The notes: generated by a model not told the origin, from the letters alone. A stretch of 64,000 bases of DNA from an uncultured Spirochaetota bacterium (GCA_963781885.1 CAWAHW010000001.1:96001-160000); one strand, 5' to 3'. Numbered from the stretch's first letter, positions 31,781-41,454 are shown. A program made the numbers and translations.

Positions 31781-32750
31781 TCTCTCCTGCCGGATCGCGG
31801 GGGTCCGGCTGGGCTCTCCACTCGTGCTCGCATCCGGCATCTGGGGCACGTCGCCGTCCCTCCTCGTGCGCGCGGCAAAGAGCGGCGCAGGGGCCGTCAC
31901 CGCAAAGACCTGCACGCCGGAACCCCGACGCGGCCACCGCAACCCGAGCGCCGTTGACTGGGGACACGGCCTCCTGAATGCGATGGGCCTGCCGAACCCC
32001 GGCACGGAGGAAGAGGTGAAGCTCCTCCGTACGGCGGCAGAGGCGCTCGCGCCGCTGGGAGTGCCCCTCATTGCGAGCATCTCGGCGGACACGGTGGATG
32101 CCTTCGGCGCCGCTGCCGCCCTGATCGCGCAGGCGGGCCCCGCGTTCATAGAAGTGAACATATCCTGCCCGAACGTCCAGGCGGAGCACGGCGAGATGTT
32201 CGCTTCCTCTGCGCGATCCGCCGCGGCAGTCACCGCCGCGGTGAAGGCCGCCACCGCCATCCCGTGCATCGTGAAGCTGTCACCCAATGTGCCCGACATC
32301 GCCGGCATCGCGCGCGCCGTGGTCTCCGAAGGCGCAGATGCAATCACTGCCATCAACACCATGCCGGGCATGCTCGTGGACGCGGAAAGCGGGATGCCCG
32401 TGCTCGCAAACCGCGCGGGAGGCATATCGGGTGCGGCGCTGAAGCCCATTGCGCTGCGCTGCGTGGCGGAGATCGCCGCGGCGGTGTCCGTGCCCATCAT
32501 CGGGACCGGCGGCGTGCTTACCGGCACTGATGCCGTGGAGATGCTATCGGCAGGGGCCACGTGCGTCGGGGTCGGCACGGCCATCGCGAGCCGCGGCGCG
32601 CAGGCGTTCGGCCTGATACGGGAGGAACTCACGGCCTGGCTGCGCGAGCGCGGCTACACGTCACTGGACCAGGTGCGCGGCCGGGTGCAAAGGCCTCGTG
32701 CGCCCTCCTTCACCAATCCCCCGCCAGTCCCCGGGGAAGGCGCATCATGA
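31752..32750 (+). CDS. pyrD: Dihydroorotate dehydrogenase, family 1B catalytic subunit; start uncertain
   Basis: 'LASG', 'AKT', 'NAMGLPNPG', catalytic 'EVNISCPN', 'VKLSPN', 'AINT', 'GGISG.ALKP', 'IGTGGV'. Confidence 0.93.
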   Translation: MCAQPSESPDLSCRIAGVRLGSPLVLASGIWGTSPSLLVRAAKSGAGAVTAKTCTPEPRRGHRNPSAVDWGHGLLNAMGLPNPGTEEEVKLLRTAAEALAPLGVPLIASISADTVDAFGAAAALIAQAGPAFIEVNISCPNVQAEHGEMFASSARSAAAVTAAVKAATAIPCIVKLSPNVPDIAGIARAVVSEGADAITAINTMPGMLVDAESGMPVLANRAGGISGAALKPIALRCVAEIAAAVSVPIIGTGGVLTGTDAVEMLSAGATCVGVGTAIASRGAQAFGLIREELTAWLRERGYTSLDQVRGRVQRPRAPSFTNPPPVPGEGAS

Positions 32751-33502
32751 GCGGCCCCATGGTCGAAACGGCATCCCTTCCCTTCGCCGCGCGGATCACC
32801 GAAAAGACGCAGGAGAACGCCCGCACGGTCATGCTGACGCTGGACGCCGCGCTGGAATGCGCGCCGGGGCAGTTCGCCATGGTCTGGCTGCCCGGTATCG
32901 ATGAAAAGCCTTTCAGCATCGCCGGTGCAGACCCGCTCAGCTTTGCCGTCTCGCGGGTCGGCCCTTTCAGCGAGGCGCTCCACGGGCTGGAGCCGGGGAC
33001 CGGCTCTGGGTGCGCGGTCCTTTCGGCGCCGGCTTTTCCGCGGGACCCGGCCGCGCGCTCCTGGTCGGGGGCGGTTATGGCGCCGCGCCGCTGGCCTTCC
33101 TTGCCCGCGTGCTCCTTGCGTGCGGCACAAAGGTGGAGGCGGCCCTCGGCGCGCGCGGCGCCGATGACCTCCTGTTCGTGAAGCGCTTCCATTCACTCGG
33201 CGCGGCGGTGCATGCGGCAACGGAGGATGGCAGCGCGGGCGCGCGCGGCCTGATCACCGAGGTGGTGGGTCCTCTCCTGCGTGCCGGCGGCATCGACAGG
33301 CTGTACGCCTGCGGCCCCGAAGCGATGCTCGACGCGCTGGCGGCACTCTGCGGGGAAACCGGGGTGCCCGCCGAGCTTTCATATGAGGCCTACATGCGAT
33401 GCGGCATCGGCATCTGCGGCTCCTGCGAGCACGGCGAACGGCTGGTGTGCCGGGACGGCCCGGTCTTCTCCATGCCCGGCGAGCCGAGCGGGCCGATCAT
33501 GA
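32747..33502 (+). CDS. pyrK: Dihydroorotate dehydrogenase electron-transfer subunit; frameshift near 33000; 3' end ambiguous because it reads in frame into the MTase
   Basis: 'PGQFAMVW...EKPFS', 'RGPFG', 'VGGGYG', 'TEDGS', 'ACGP', [2Fe-2S] motif '[11 protein letters not shown]...VCRDGPVF'. Confidence 0.88.
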
Positions 33503-34263
33503 CGGCACGGCCATTCTATCGCAAGAACGACGTCACGATCGTCCGCGGGGACGTGCTCTCCACGCGCGCATTGGCCGCTGAGAGCATCGATCTCATCGTC
33601 ACGTCGCCGCCGTACAACGTCGACATCAAATACGGCCGGCACGACGATGCCCTGTCCTACCCGAAGTACCTCGAGTTCAGCCGGCGCTGGCTGGGCCGCT
33701 GTTACGAATGGCTTCGTGACGACGGCAGGCTGTGTCTGAATGTGCCGCTGGACAAGAACAAGGACGGCCAGCAGAGCGTCGGCGCCGATCTCACCTGCAT
33801 CGCAAAGGAGATCGGCTTCCGCTACCACTCCACGATCATCTGGAACGAGGGAAACATATCGCGGCGCACCGCGTGGGGCTCGTGGATGAGCGCCTCCGCC
33901 CCGTACGTCATCGCGCCGGTGGAGCTGATCGTCATCCTTTACCGCAAACACTGGAAACGCAGCACGGGAAGCGGCCAGTCAGATATCGACCGGCGGGATT
34001 TCATGGACTGGACAAATGGCCTGTGGACCTTCAACGGGGAAAGCCGCAAGCGCACTGGTCATCCCGCCCCCTTCCCCCTGGAGCTTCCGCGCAGATGCAT
34101 CAAGCTCTTCAGCTTCGTCGGCGACACGATCCTCGATCCCTTCATGGGAAGCGGCACCACCGTTGTTGCCGCGGCAGGGTGCGGTCGGAAGGCGGTGGGC
34201 ATCGAGATCGAGCAACGCTACTGCAGCCTTGCGCGCGCGCGCGTCGAGAAAGCCGCGCACTGA
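33499..34263 (+). CDS. Orphan beta-class amino DNA methyltransferase (SPPY, likely N4-cytosine)
   Basis: 'DLIVTSPPYN' precedes 'HPAPFP...ILDPFMGSGTT...GIE'; no adjacent endonuclease. Confidence 0.88.
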   Translation: MTARPFYRKNDVTIVRGDVLSTRALAAESIDLIVTSPPYNVDIKYGRHDDALSYPKYLEFSRRWLGRCYEWLRDDGRLCLNVPLDKNKDGQQSVGADLTCIAKEIGFRYHSTIIWNEGNISRRTAWGSWMSASAPYVIAPVELIVILYRKHWKRSTGSGQSDIDRRDFMDWTNGLWTFNGESRKRTGHPAPFPLELPRRCIKLFSFVGDTILDPFMGSGTTVVAAAGCGRKAVGIEIEQRYCSLARARVEKAAH

Positions 34264-34278
34264 TTCAGGCCTCCGCGG

Positions 34279-34764
34279 CTACTCCGCCGCCAGGTGACCC
34301 AGCGGGAGAGGAGAGCCTTCCTTCACCGTGCGCAGGACGACATTGCTCCTGATGTCCTTCACCATCGGCAGCGTGAGCAGCTTGCCAAACAGAAAGCGCT
34401 CGTACCGGGCGATGTCGGGGAAAACCGTCTCCAGGAGGAAGTCGGATTCGCCGGACACGATGTGACACGCGATGATTTCCGGCATTGCGCGGAAGGCCTC
34501 CTGGGCCGCCAGGGCGTTCTCATCACGGTGCCCGTCGACCTTCACGCCGATCATGACGGTCAGGCCCAAGCCCACCGCGCCTCTGTCAAGGTCCGCCCTG
34601 TAGCCGCGGATAAGCCCCGCAGCCTGAAGTGCCCGCACCCGGCGAAGACAGGGGGTCGGCGAGAGGCCGATTCGATCGGCGAGCTCGACATTGCTCAGCC
34701 TCCCATCGCCTTGCAGCGTTGCCAGGATGCGTTGATCGAAACCATCGAGAGTAGGTTTTGGCAT
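34279..34764 (-). CDS. Lrp/AsnC-family transcriptional regulator
   Basis: 'LDGFDQRILATLQGDGRLSNVELADRIGLSPTPCLRRVRAL...G.IRGY'; 'CHIVSGESDFLL'. Confidence 0.95.
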   Translation of the reverse strand: MPKPTLDGFDQRILATLQGDGRLSNVELADRIGLSPTPCLRRVRALQAAGLIRGYRADLDRGAVGLGLTVMIGVKVDGHRDENALAAQEAFRAMPEIIACHIVSGESDFLLETVFPDIARYERFLFGKLLTLPMVKDIRSNVVLRTVKEGSPLPLGHLAAE

Positions 34765-34889
34765 ATACTGCTCCAAAAGTGAAATTTTTTGGTCTGATCA
34801 ACCATAAATATCCCATCTAGGAGGCTAAAAAGCAATGACATATAAAGCCTTGTGGCGATATTCTCAATCCAAGAAGTGAGGAGGTCATC

Positions 34890-36386
34890 GTGAGCTACTC
34901 CAAGGAATATCAAAGCACCGTGACCGCGCTCGAGGCGTTTACGAAAAGCTCTTCCGCGCGGGAGGGACGGGCGATCCACCAGCCTCCTTTGGCGGACCTT
35001 GTCAAATCGATGGACATCGAACGGCTGATCGCGGAAGGGGGCTTGCAGGGCAAGAGATTCGAACAATTCCTCGCCACCTACCTGTCCGCGGCGACCAGGC
35101 TCCACCACCCCGGCACAATGGCACACCAGGTGGCGGTCCCCGAGCCAATGGGCGCCCTGGGCGCCCTGATCGATGCCACGACGAACAACAGCGCGTCGAT
35201 CTACGAGATGGGTCCGTCGGCAGGCGCCATCGAGCTCGCGCTCCTCAATTGGATGCTGCGCAAGGTCGGATGGTCGCCGGTCCCGCTGCCCCCGGAGGGG
35301 GACGGTTCCGGCGACTTCGGCGGCGGCGTTCTGACGCACGGCGGGTCCCTGGCCAATCTGACGGCACTGATGGCTGCCCGCGCCTCCGCGGCGCCGGAAG
35401 CCTGGCGCGACGGCCTTCCCCGTGACTTCGTGCTCGTCGCGCCGGAAAGCGTCCATTACTCCATCGGCCGCGCAATCGACATCCTCGGCCTCGGCCGCGA
35501 CGCGCTGCGGGCCGCGCCGGTGGACGAGAACGGCAGGATCGAGCCTGCACGGCTGGCCGACTTCATCGCGGAACGGAAGCGCAAGGGGGAAAAGATCCTC
35601 GCCGTCGTGGCGAATGCCTGCCAGACGGCGGCCGGGCTCTTCGATCCCCTGCGCGCGATCGGCCGCATCTGCGCCGACGCCGGGGTATGGCTCCACGTCG
35701 ACGGCGCGCACGGCGCCTCGGCCCTGGTCTCCGCGCGTCACCGAGGGCTCCTGGACGGCATCGAGCTTGCCGATTCCCTCGTCTGGGACGCGCACAAGAT
35801 GCTCCGCACGCCGTCGACGTGCACCGCGGTGCTCGTCCGCGACCACCGGTGGCTGGACAGCGCCTTCCATCAGGAGGCGAGCTACCTCTTCCATGACAAG
35901 GACGAGCCGGGCGTCGACTTCATCCATCGGAGCGTCGAATGCACAAAGGACGGTCTCGGGCTGAAGCTCTTTCTTTCCCTTGCCGCCGAAGGAGAGGCGG
36001 GCGCGGCGCGATTCCTGGATCGCCAGGTCGAGTTGGCCGGGGACGCTGCCCGTTTCATCGCATCGAGACCCGGCCTCGAGCTGGCGATCATGCCCGAGCT
36101 CAACATCCTGTGCTTCCGCGCGGCGGGCAGCGACGAGCTGCAGCTCGCGATCCGCAAGCGGCTCATCGAGGAGGGCATGCACTTCATCTCGACGACCGAG
36201 CTCCGCGGCACGCGCTGGCTCCGGCTCTCGCTCATGAACCCGGCAACGGAGATGGAGGACATACGCTCGCTCGTCGCTGACGTGGAGTGCATCGCCGGGT
36301 GCCTGGCTTCGGGAGGCGCGGGGAACGCCGCGATGCCGCAGGGCGCGGCGGGCGCTCCAGTGCCACGGACTACCGTGGCGCAATGA
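34890..36386 (+). CDS. Group II PLP-dependent decarboxylase (diaminobutyrate/aromatic amino acid decarboxylase-like)
   Basis: 'HHPGTMAHQ', 'GGSLANL', 'HYSI', 'WLHVDGAHG', PLP lysine in 'WDAHKML', 'LRLSLMNP'. Confidence 0.9.
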   Translation: MSYSKEYQSTVTALEAFTKSSSAREGRAIHQPPLADLVKSMDIERLIAEGGLQGKRFEQFLATYLSAATRLHHPGTMAHQVAVPEPMGALGALIDATTNNSASIYEMGPSAGAIELALLNWMLRKVGWSPVPLPPEGDGSGDFGGGVLTHGGSLANLTALMAARASAAPEAWRDGLPRDFVLVAPESVHYSIGRAIDILGLGRDALRAAPVDENGRIEPARLADFIAERKRKGEKILAVVANACQTAAGLFDPLRAIGRICADAGVWLHVDGAHGASALVSARHRGLLDGIELADSLVWDAHKMLRTPSTCTAVLVRDHRWLDSAFHQEASYLFHDKDEPGVDFIHRSVECTKDGLGLKLFLSLAAEGEAGAARFLDRQVELAGDAARFIASRPGLELAIMPELNILCFRAAGSDELQLAIRKRLIEEGMHFISTTELRGTRWLRLSLMNPATEMEDIRSLVADVECIAGCLASGGAGNAAMPQGAAGAPVPRTTVAQ

Positions 36387-36607
36387 CGGCGCAATGAATG
36401 CCACGGATTACCGTGGCGCAATGAATGCCACGGATTACCGTGGCGCAATGAATGCCACGGACTACCGTGGCGCAATGAATGCCACGGACTACCGTGGCGC
36501 AATGAATGCCACGGACTACCGTGGCGCAATGAATGCCACGGACTACCGTGGCGCAATGAATGCCACGGACTACCGTGGCGCAATGAATGCCACGGACTAC
36601 CGTGGCG
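36361..36607. repeat. Tandem array of a 27-bp palindromic unit (9 copies), GTAG-family REP-like
   Basis: Unit TGCCACGGA(C/T)TACCGTGGCGCAATGAA, with copies starting at 36361, 36399, 36426, 36453, 36480, 36507, 36534, 36561 and 36588 (last one partial). There are no unique spacers. On the minus strand it reads GTAG-T-CCGTGGC-ATTCATTGC-GCCACGG. Confidence 0.95.
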
Positions 36608-36647
36608 GGCTTGCGCAAAGGGCCCCGATCGCCCACGATCTTTGATT

Positions 36648-37139
36648 ATGGCGATACGCGTCATCGTGACGGGGGGGACATTCGACAAGCACTATGACGA
36701 GATACGGGGCAGCCTCACGTTCAAGGATTCCCATCTGCCGGAGATCCTGAGCTTCGTCCGCTGCACGCTTGCCATCGAGCTGGAGATCAACCAGCTCATC
36801 GACAGCCTCGACATGCACATCGCCAACCGCGTGCAGATCCTCGAGTCCTGCCGTCGGGCGGCCGAGGAGCGGATCGTCATCACGCACGGCACAGACACCA
36901 TGGCGGAGACGGCCGCGGTCCTTGGAGCCGCGGCGCTGCCGAAGACGGTCGTGCTCACCGGCGCCATGGTGCCTTACATCTTCAACAACTCGGACGCGGT
37001 CTTCAACCTCGGGTGCGCGGTGACGGCCGTGCAGCTGCTCCCGCGCGGCGTCTACATCGCGATGAACGGCCGTATTTTCCCCTGGAACCGGGTGCGGAAG
37101 AACAAGGAGAAGGGCGTCTTCGAGGAGCTGCCGGCATAA
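36648..37139 (+). CDS. Short asparaginase-domain protein (N-terminal domain only)
   Basis: 'VTGGTFDK', 'IDSLDM', 'THGTDTM', 'VLTGAM', 'SDAVFNLG', 'GVYIAMNG'. Confidence 0.88.
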   Translation: MAIRVIVTGGTFDKHYDEIRGSLTFKDSHLPEILSFVRCTLAIELEINQLIDSLDMHIANRVQILESCRRAAEERIVITHGTDTMAETAAVLGAAALPKTVVLTGAMVPYIFNNSDAVFNLGCAVTAVQLLPRGVYIAMNGRIFPWNRVRKNKEKGVFEELPA

Positions 37140-37177
37140 AAAAAGGGGATGCGGGGGTCCTCGTTCCCCGCATCCCC
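37138..37177 (-). terminator. Intrinsic terminator for the MCP gene
   Basis: 12-bp stem GGGGATGCGGGG / CCCCGCATCCCC (37145-37177) flanked by an A7 run, which is a U-tract on the minus strand. Confidence 0.85.
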
Positions 37178-37195
37178 GATCGTACGCGGCCCCGC

Positions 37196-39346
37196 TTACG
37201 CGACCGCGCTGTGCACCAACACTTTCGCCTCGGTCTGCGCGAGCTCGTGGCCCGCATCGATGACGATCTTGAACTGCGCCGTCATCTTCTGCAGCTCCTG
37301 CGCCATGCGGGAGAGCTGCTCGCGTCGCCGCCGACATCTCCTCGGCCGCCGACGCCGCCGTCTGCGTCACCTCGTTCACGTTCTCCACGGCCTTGGAAAC
37401 CTGCTTCGCGTTCGTCGTCTGCTCCTCGGTCGCCGCGGAGATGCTCTGGCTCATCTCGCTCACGTTGTTCAACGCTGAGGACAGCTCCTTCACCGCGTCC
37501 ACCTGCTGGGTCATCGATTCCGACAGCCCCGCGATCATCTCTTTCACCTTCTGCGACGCGGCCCGGATCTGCTCCATGGCGATCTGCGAGCCCTTCGCCG
37601 TTTCCACGCCCTTCGTGACGTTCTTCACGCTCTCCTTGATGAGCGCCTCGATCTCCTTCGTCGACGCCGAGCTGCGGTCGGCAAGCTTGCTCACCTCGTC
37701 GGCGACCACCGCAAAGCCGCGGCCGTGCTCCCCTGCCCGCGCCGCCTCGATGGAGGCGTTCAGCGCCAGCAGGTTCGTCTGGTCGGCGATGTCGGAGATC
37801 ACCGTCACGATGCCGCCGATCTTCTCCGAGCTGCCCGCGATCAGGTTGATGCCGTCCACCACCTCGGACACCGCCTTGGCTCCCTCCAGCGCGTTGTCCA
37901 CCGACTTGCCCGCAAGACCCGCAATCTCGGTGAGATTCTTCGACACGTCCTCGATCGACTGGTGCACCTGCTGCCATCGAGCTGGAGCCTTCCTCCACCG
38001 CTGCCGCCTGGCGACTGCGCATGCTCGGCAACCTGGTCCACGGATGCGGTCAGCTCCTCCACCGAGGCGCTGGTCTCCTCGAGCGTGGAGGCCTGGCTCT
38101 GCGCGCCCTCGGCGAGCTTCTGCGCGCTGGCAGTGATCTGCTCGCTGGAGGACGACACCTGCTCGGCGCTGTCCTGGATGGTGGCGACCATATCCCGCAG
38201 CTTCACCGACATGCCGTTCAACGAATCGGCGAGGGCGCCGATCTCGTCCTTCTGGTGGATGTCGAGCTGCTGGGTGAAGTCACCTCCCGCGACGAGCTGC
38301 GCAAAGGCAACGCCGCGCGCCAGGGGCTTCGTGATGGTGCGGGAGAACACGAGATAGATCAGGAATGCAAGGACGAGCGCCGCGACGCTGATGATGATGA
38401 TGAGGTTGCGCACGTCGGTGGCGGCCGCCAGGTATTCGGCGTCGGGAAGCGTCAGGGCGACGCTCCAGCCGGTCGCCTTCACGGGCGCGAAGCCCGCGGT
38501 CTTTGGCACGCCCTGGTAGACATAGGATTCAATCCCGCTCGCTCCCGAGATCATCCTTTTCGTGAGCGTCTCCATGCCCGCAAGCTTGGAGATGTCGAGC
38601 GTGAAGATGTTTTCCGTCTTCGGATGCGCGATCACGAGGCCCGTATTGTCCGTGACAAAGGCATAGCCGGTCGTGCCGATCTTTTCCCCGGCGATGATGT
38701 CGTTCAGGAAGCTGATGTCGGCGATCAGAGCGAATGCCCCGACAACCTTGTCTCCCGCGCGGATTGGTGCCGCAAAGGGAGCGAACGGCTTGCCCGTCAC
38801 CTTGTTGCGCGCCGCGGAGCCGGCGTTCACCGTTCCCGCCAGGGCCGTTTTCACGTAACCGCGATCACTGAAGTTCACCCCGAGATAGGCGGGGTCCGAA
38901 GCGGCGAATGCCACGCCGTCCAGCCCGACGACCATAATCACCTGGTAGCTATCCCCTATCCCCTTTGTCGAGCTGATCTTTTTCAGCTTCGCATCGACGC
39001 GGTTCACGAGGTCTGCAGTGGACGATCCCGAGGCCACGACGACCTTCCCGGGCTTTGCCGCGGGCTGCGCGACGGGCACCGCGGGCTTTTCCGCAACCGC
39101 TTGCGCCGCGGCAACGACGTCGTCATCGATCGAGTAGCTGAGGGCGGCCTTCTGCTCCTCGGCGAATACGCGGTCGATCATCTGCGCGATTTCCTGCGAC
39201 CTGCCCGCAAGTTGTTCGTTTTCCACGACCGTCAAACCCGATGTCGCGCGCGAGATCGCGATCACCGCCACGACCAGCAACGGAACGATGATGATGATCG
39301 TCCCGACCAGTACCAGCTTGACGCCAATTTTCATGTTCTTCAGCAT
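37196..39346 (-). CDS. Methyl-accepting chemotaxis protein (TM-dCache-TM-HAMP-MCP signal); frameshifts near 38000 and 37322
   Basis: Cache '[16 protein letters not shown]'; HAMP 'KDEIGALA'; hairpin tip '[33 protein letters not shown]'. Confidence 0.93.
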
Positions 39347-39397
39347 ATCTTCCTCCTCAGACAGCTAACCCGCCCAGTATTCCTTTATGGTTGATTA

Positions 39398-39413
39398 AGC
39401 AACTCCCATGCCA
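39398..39413 (-). promoter_or_regulatory. Sigma54 (-24/-12) promoter upstream of the MCP gene
   Basis: Minus-strand TGGCATGGGAGTTGCT matches TGGCAC-N5-TTGCW with GG-N10-GC spacing, about 50 nt upstream of the ATG. An AT-rich tract lies further upstream. Confidence 0.75.
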
Positions 39414-39625
39414 AGGGGCAGAAAGGAAATTTCTGACATTTTAGCCATTTAAAAATATCAATTATATCCACAACATTAATTGTATGAGTCATAACTGCTT
39501 CTGTTTCCGATTGAACGTCTTGGCAGGCGGAGCACTTTGTTCCGTTTTCTTGGAACGCATTTGGAACAGTAACGGGCATTGTGCCCGGAGGCGCGGCGAC
39601 TTATTATTCGATAAAAGGCGGCTCC

Positions 39626-40381
39626 ATGCAGGAATATGGAAAGACTTTTGCGGGCGTTTACGACAAGCTGTGGACAGGTTTTGTCCTCAACCTTGCCCCG
39701 GTTCTTCACGCGTTCTATGAGTCCGCCCCCGGGAGCAAAAGGCGAAGGTTGCTCGATGTCTGCTGCGGAACGGGGCAGCTCCTCCTTCATTTCCTCGAGC
39801 ATGGATTCACGGGCACGGGCATCGATCTCTCCGCAGACATGCTGGAGCACGCGGGGCGGAACTGCGCCCGCTATGCCGCCGAGGGAAAGGTCGACTTCAC
39901 GCGCGCCGACGCGGCTGCCTTCGAGGTCCGGGGCTCCTATGATTTTGCGGTGTCGACATATGACGCCCTCAATCACCTCCCGAGCCTTCCCGCGCTCTGG
40001 TCCTGTTTCGCCTGCGTCCATCGGGCGCTCGACCCCGGCGCCCCGTTCATCTTCGACCTGAACACGGAGAAGGGTCTCCAGCGTTGGAACGGCGTCCGGG
40101 TGGAAAACGGCGAGCAGGTCATGCTCGTCAACCGGGGCATCTATACGCGGGGCATGGAGAGGGCCTACACGAAGATCACGGGTTTCGTACGGACCGCGGC
40201 GGACAGCTGGACGCGCTTCGAGGAGACCGCCTACAACACGATCTTCCCCATGGCGCAGGTGGAGGAAGGCCTTCTGAAAACCGGTTTTCAGAGGGTCTCT
40301 TTTGCCTCCTCGCGAAACCTGGCCGAGGCGGTGTCCGATCCCGAAGAGCTGGACCGGGCATTCATCGTCGCGCGGGCTTGA
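39626..40381 (+). CDS. Class I SAM-dependent methyltransferase
   Basis: 'LLDVCCGTG', 'GIDLSADML', 'DALNHL', 'LDPGAPFIFDLNT'. Confidence 0.9.
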   Translation: MQEYGKTFAGVYDKLWTGFVLNLAPVLHAFYESAPGSKRRRLLDVCCGTGQLLLHFLEHGFTGTGIDLSADMLEHAGRNCARYAAEGKVDFTRADAAAFEVRGSYDFAVSTYDALNHLPSLPALWSCFACVHRALDPGAPFIFDLNTEKGLQRWNGVRVENGEQVMLVNRGIYTRGMERAYTKITGFVRTAADSWTRFEETAYNTIFPMAQVEEGLLKTGFQRVSFASSRNLAEAVSDPEELDRAFIVARA

Positions 40382-40461
40382 CGCGGCCTTGCCGGGGCAG
40401 GCGGCGCGCGCTTGCACAGGCGAAGCAAAGCTGGTATTTCCATTGCACACGGGAGAAAAAG

Positions 40462-41442
40462 ATGCCTGAGCTTTCGACGACCTACATGGGTCTCCGTCTG
40501 AAGAACCCCCTCATCGCCGGGAGCTCCGGCCTGTCGGCGACGCGGGAAGGCCTCGAGGGCCTCCAGGCAAGCGGCGTGGCCGCGGTGGTGCTGAAATCGA
40601 TCTTCGAAGAGGAGATCGCGGCGGAATACGACAGCGTGCTCACCGAGGCAAAGCGCAAGGGCATGAGCCTGGAAAGCTACGATTACTACGACTACCAGGT
40701 TCGCGGCGATCACGTGGAGGAATACGTCGCGTTCGTGCGGCAGGCGAAGAAGACGCTCTCCATCCCCGTGATCGCCAGCGTGAACTGCACCTACTCCCAC
40801 GAGTGGGTGTCTTTTGCCAAGCAGATCGAGGCTGCGGGCGCCGACGGCCTGGAGCTGAACATGTATTTCCTGCCCTCCGAGCTCACGCGCTCCAGCGAGG
40901 AGAGGGAGAAGGAATACCTCCTGATCATCGATCGGATCCTGCACGAGGTCCGCATCCCGATCGCGCTGAAGATCAGCTCGTCATTCTCCACCCTCGGCCA
41001 GATGATCGGGCGGCTGTCGAAGACGGGCGTCGCCGCGCTGGTGCTGTTCAACCGCTTCTATTCGATAGACTTCGACATCGAGAAGATGTGCGTGACAGGG
41101 ACCAACACCCTGAGCAGCGCGGCAGAGCTCGCGGCTCCGCTGCGCTGGATCGCCCTGATGTCGCGCCGTGTGGGGTGCGATCTTGCCGGATCAACCGGCG
41201 TCCACGACGGGGCCGCTCTGGTCAAGCTCCTCCTTGCCGGCGCAAAGGCCGTGCAGGCGGTTTCGGCGCTCTACAAGAACGGCCCGGGCGCCGCCGCGAC
41301 GATGCTCGATTTCCTTTCCGCGTGGATGGACCGGCATCACTTCTCCGCCGTGGCGGATTTCCGCGGCAGCATGAGCCAGGCGGAAAGCGAGGACCCTGCC
41401 GTCTACGAGCGCGTCCAGTTCATGAAGCATTACGCCTCGTAA
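40462..41442 (+). CDS. Dihydroorotate dehydrogenase-like flavoprotein
   Basis: 'LSTTYMGLRLKNPL', 'VLKSIFEE', 'PVIASVN', 'LELN', 'VLFNRF', 'STGVHD', 'YERVQFM'. Confidence 0.88.
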   Translation: MPELSTTYMGLRLKNPLIAGSSGLSATREGLEGLQASGVAAVVLKSIFEEEIAAEYDSVLTEAKRKGMSLESYDYYDYQVRGDHVEEYVAFVRQAKKTLSIPVIASVNCTYSHEWVSFAKQIEAAGADGLELNMYFLPSELTRSSEEREKEYLLIIDRILHEVRIPIALKISSSFSTLGQMIGRLSKTGVAALVLFNRFYSIDFDIEKMCVTGTNTLSSAAELAAPLRWIALMSRRVGCDLAGSTGVHDGAALVKLLLAGAKAVQAVSALYKNGPGAAATMLDFLSAWMDRHHFSAVADFRGSMSQAESEDPAVYERVQFMKHYAS

Positions 41443-41454
41443 GGCCGGCGCGGC

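Noticed and set aside
33499-34263. Complete restriction-modification system
   Set aside because: The flanking genes are pyrK and a convergent Lrp regulator; no endonuclease candidate is adjacent.
36361-36607. CRISPR array
   Set aside because: The palindromic units abut each other with no unique spacers, and there are no cas genes in the window.
36370-36688. Repeat proteins on the minus strand ((CATVVRGIH)n, (HGSPWHSLR)n) or a RiPP precursor
   Set aside because: These are open frames produced by a 27-bp unit. There is no RBS, leader peptide or modification enzyme nearby.
39350-39570. c-di-GMP riboswitch upstream of the MCP gene
   Set aside because: No GCAAA...GAAA...GACGCAAA-type consensus is present; the region is better explained as a sigma54 promoter.
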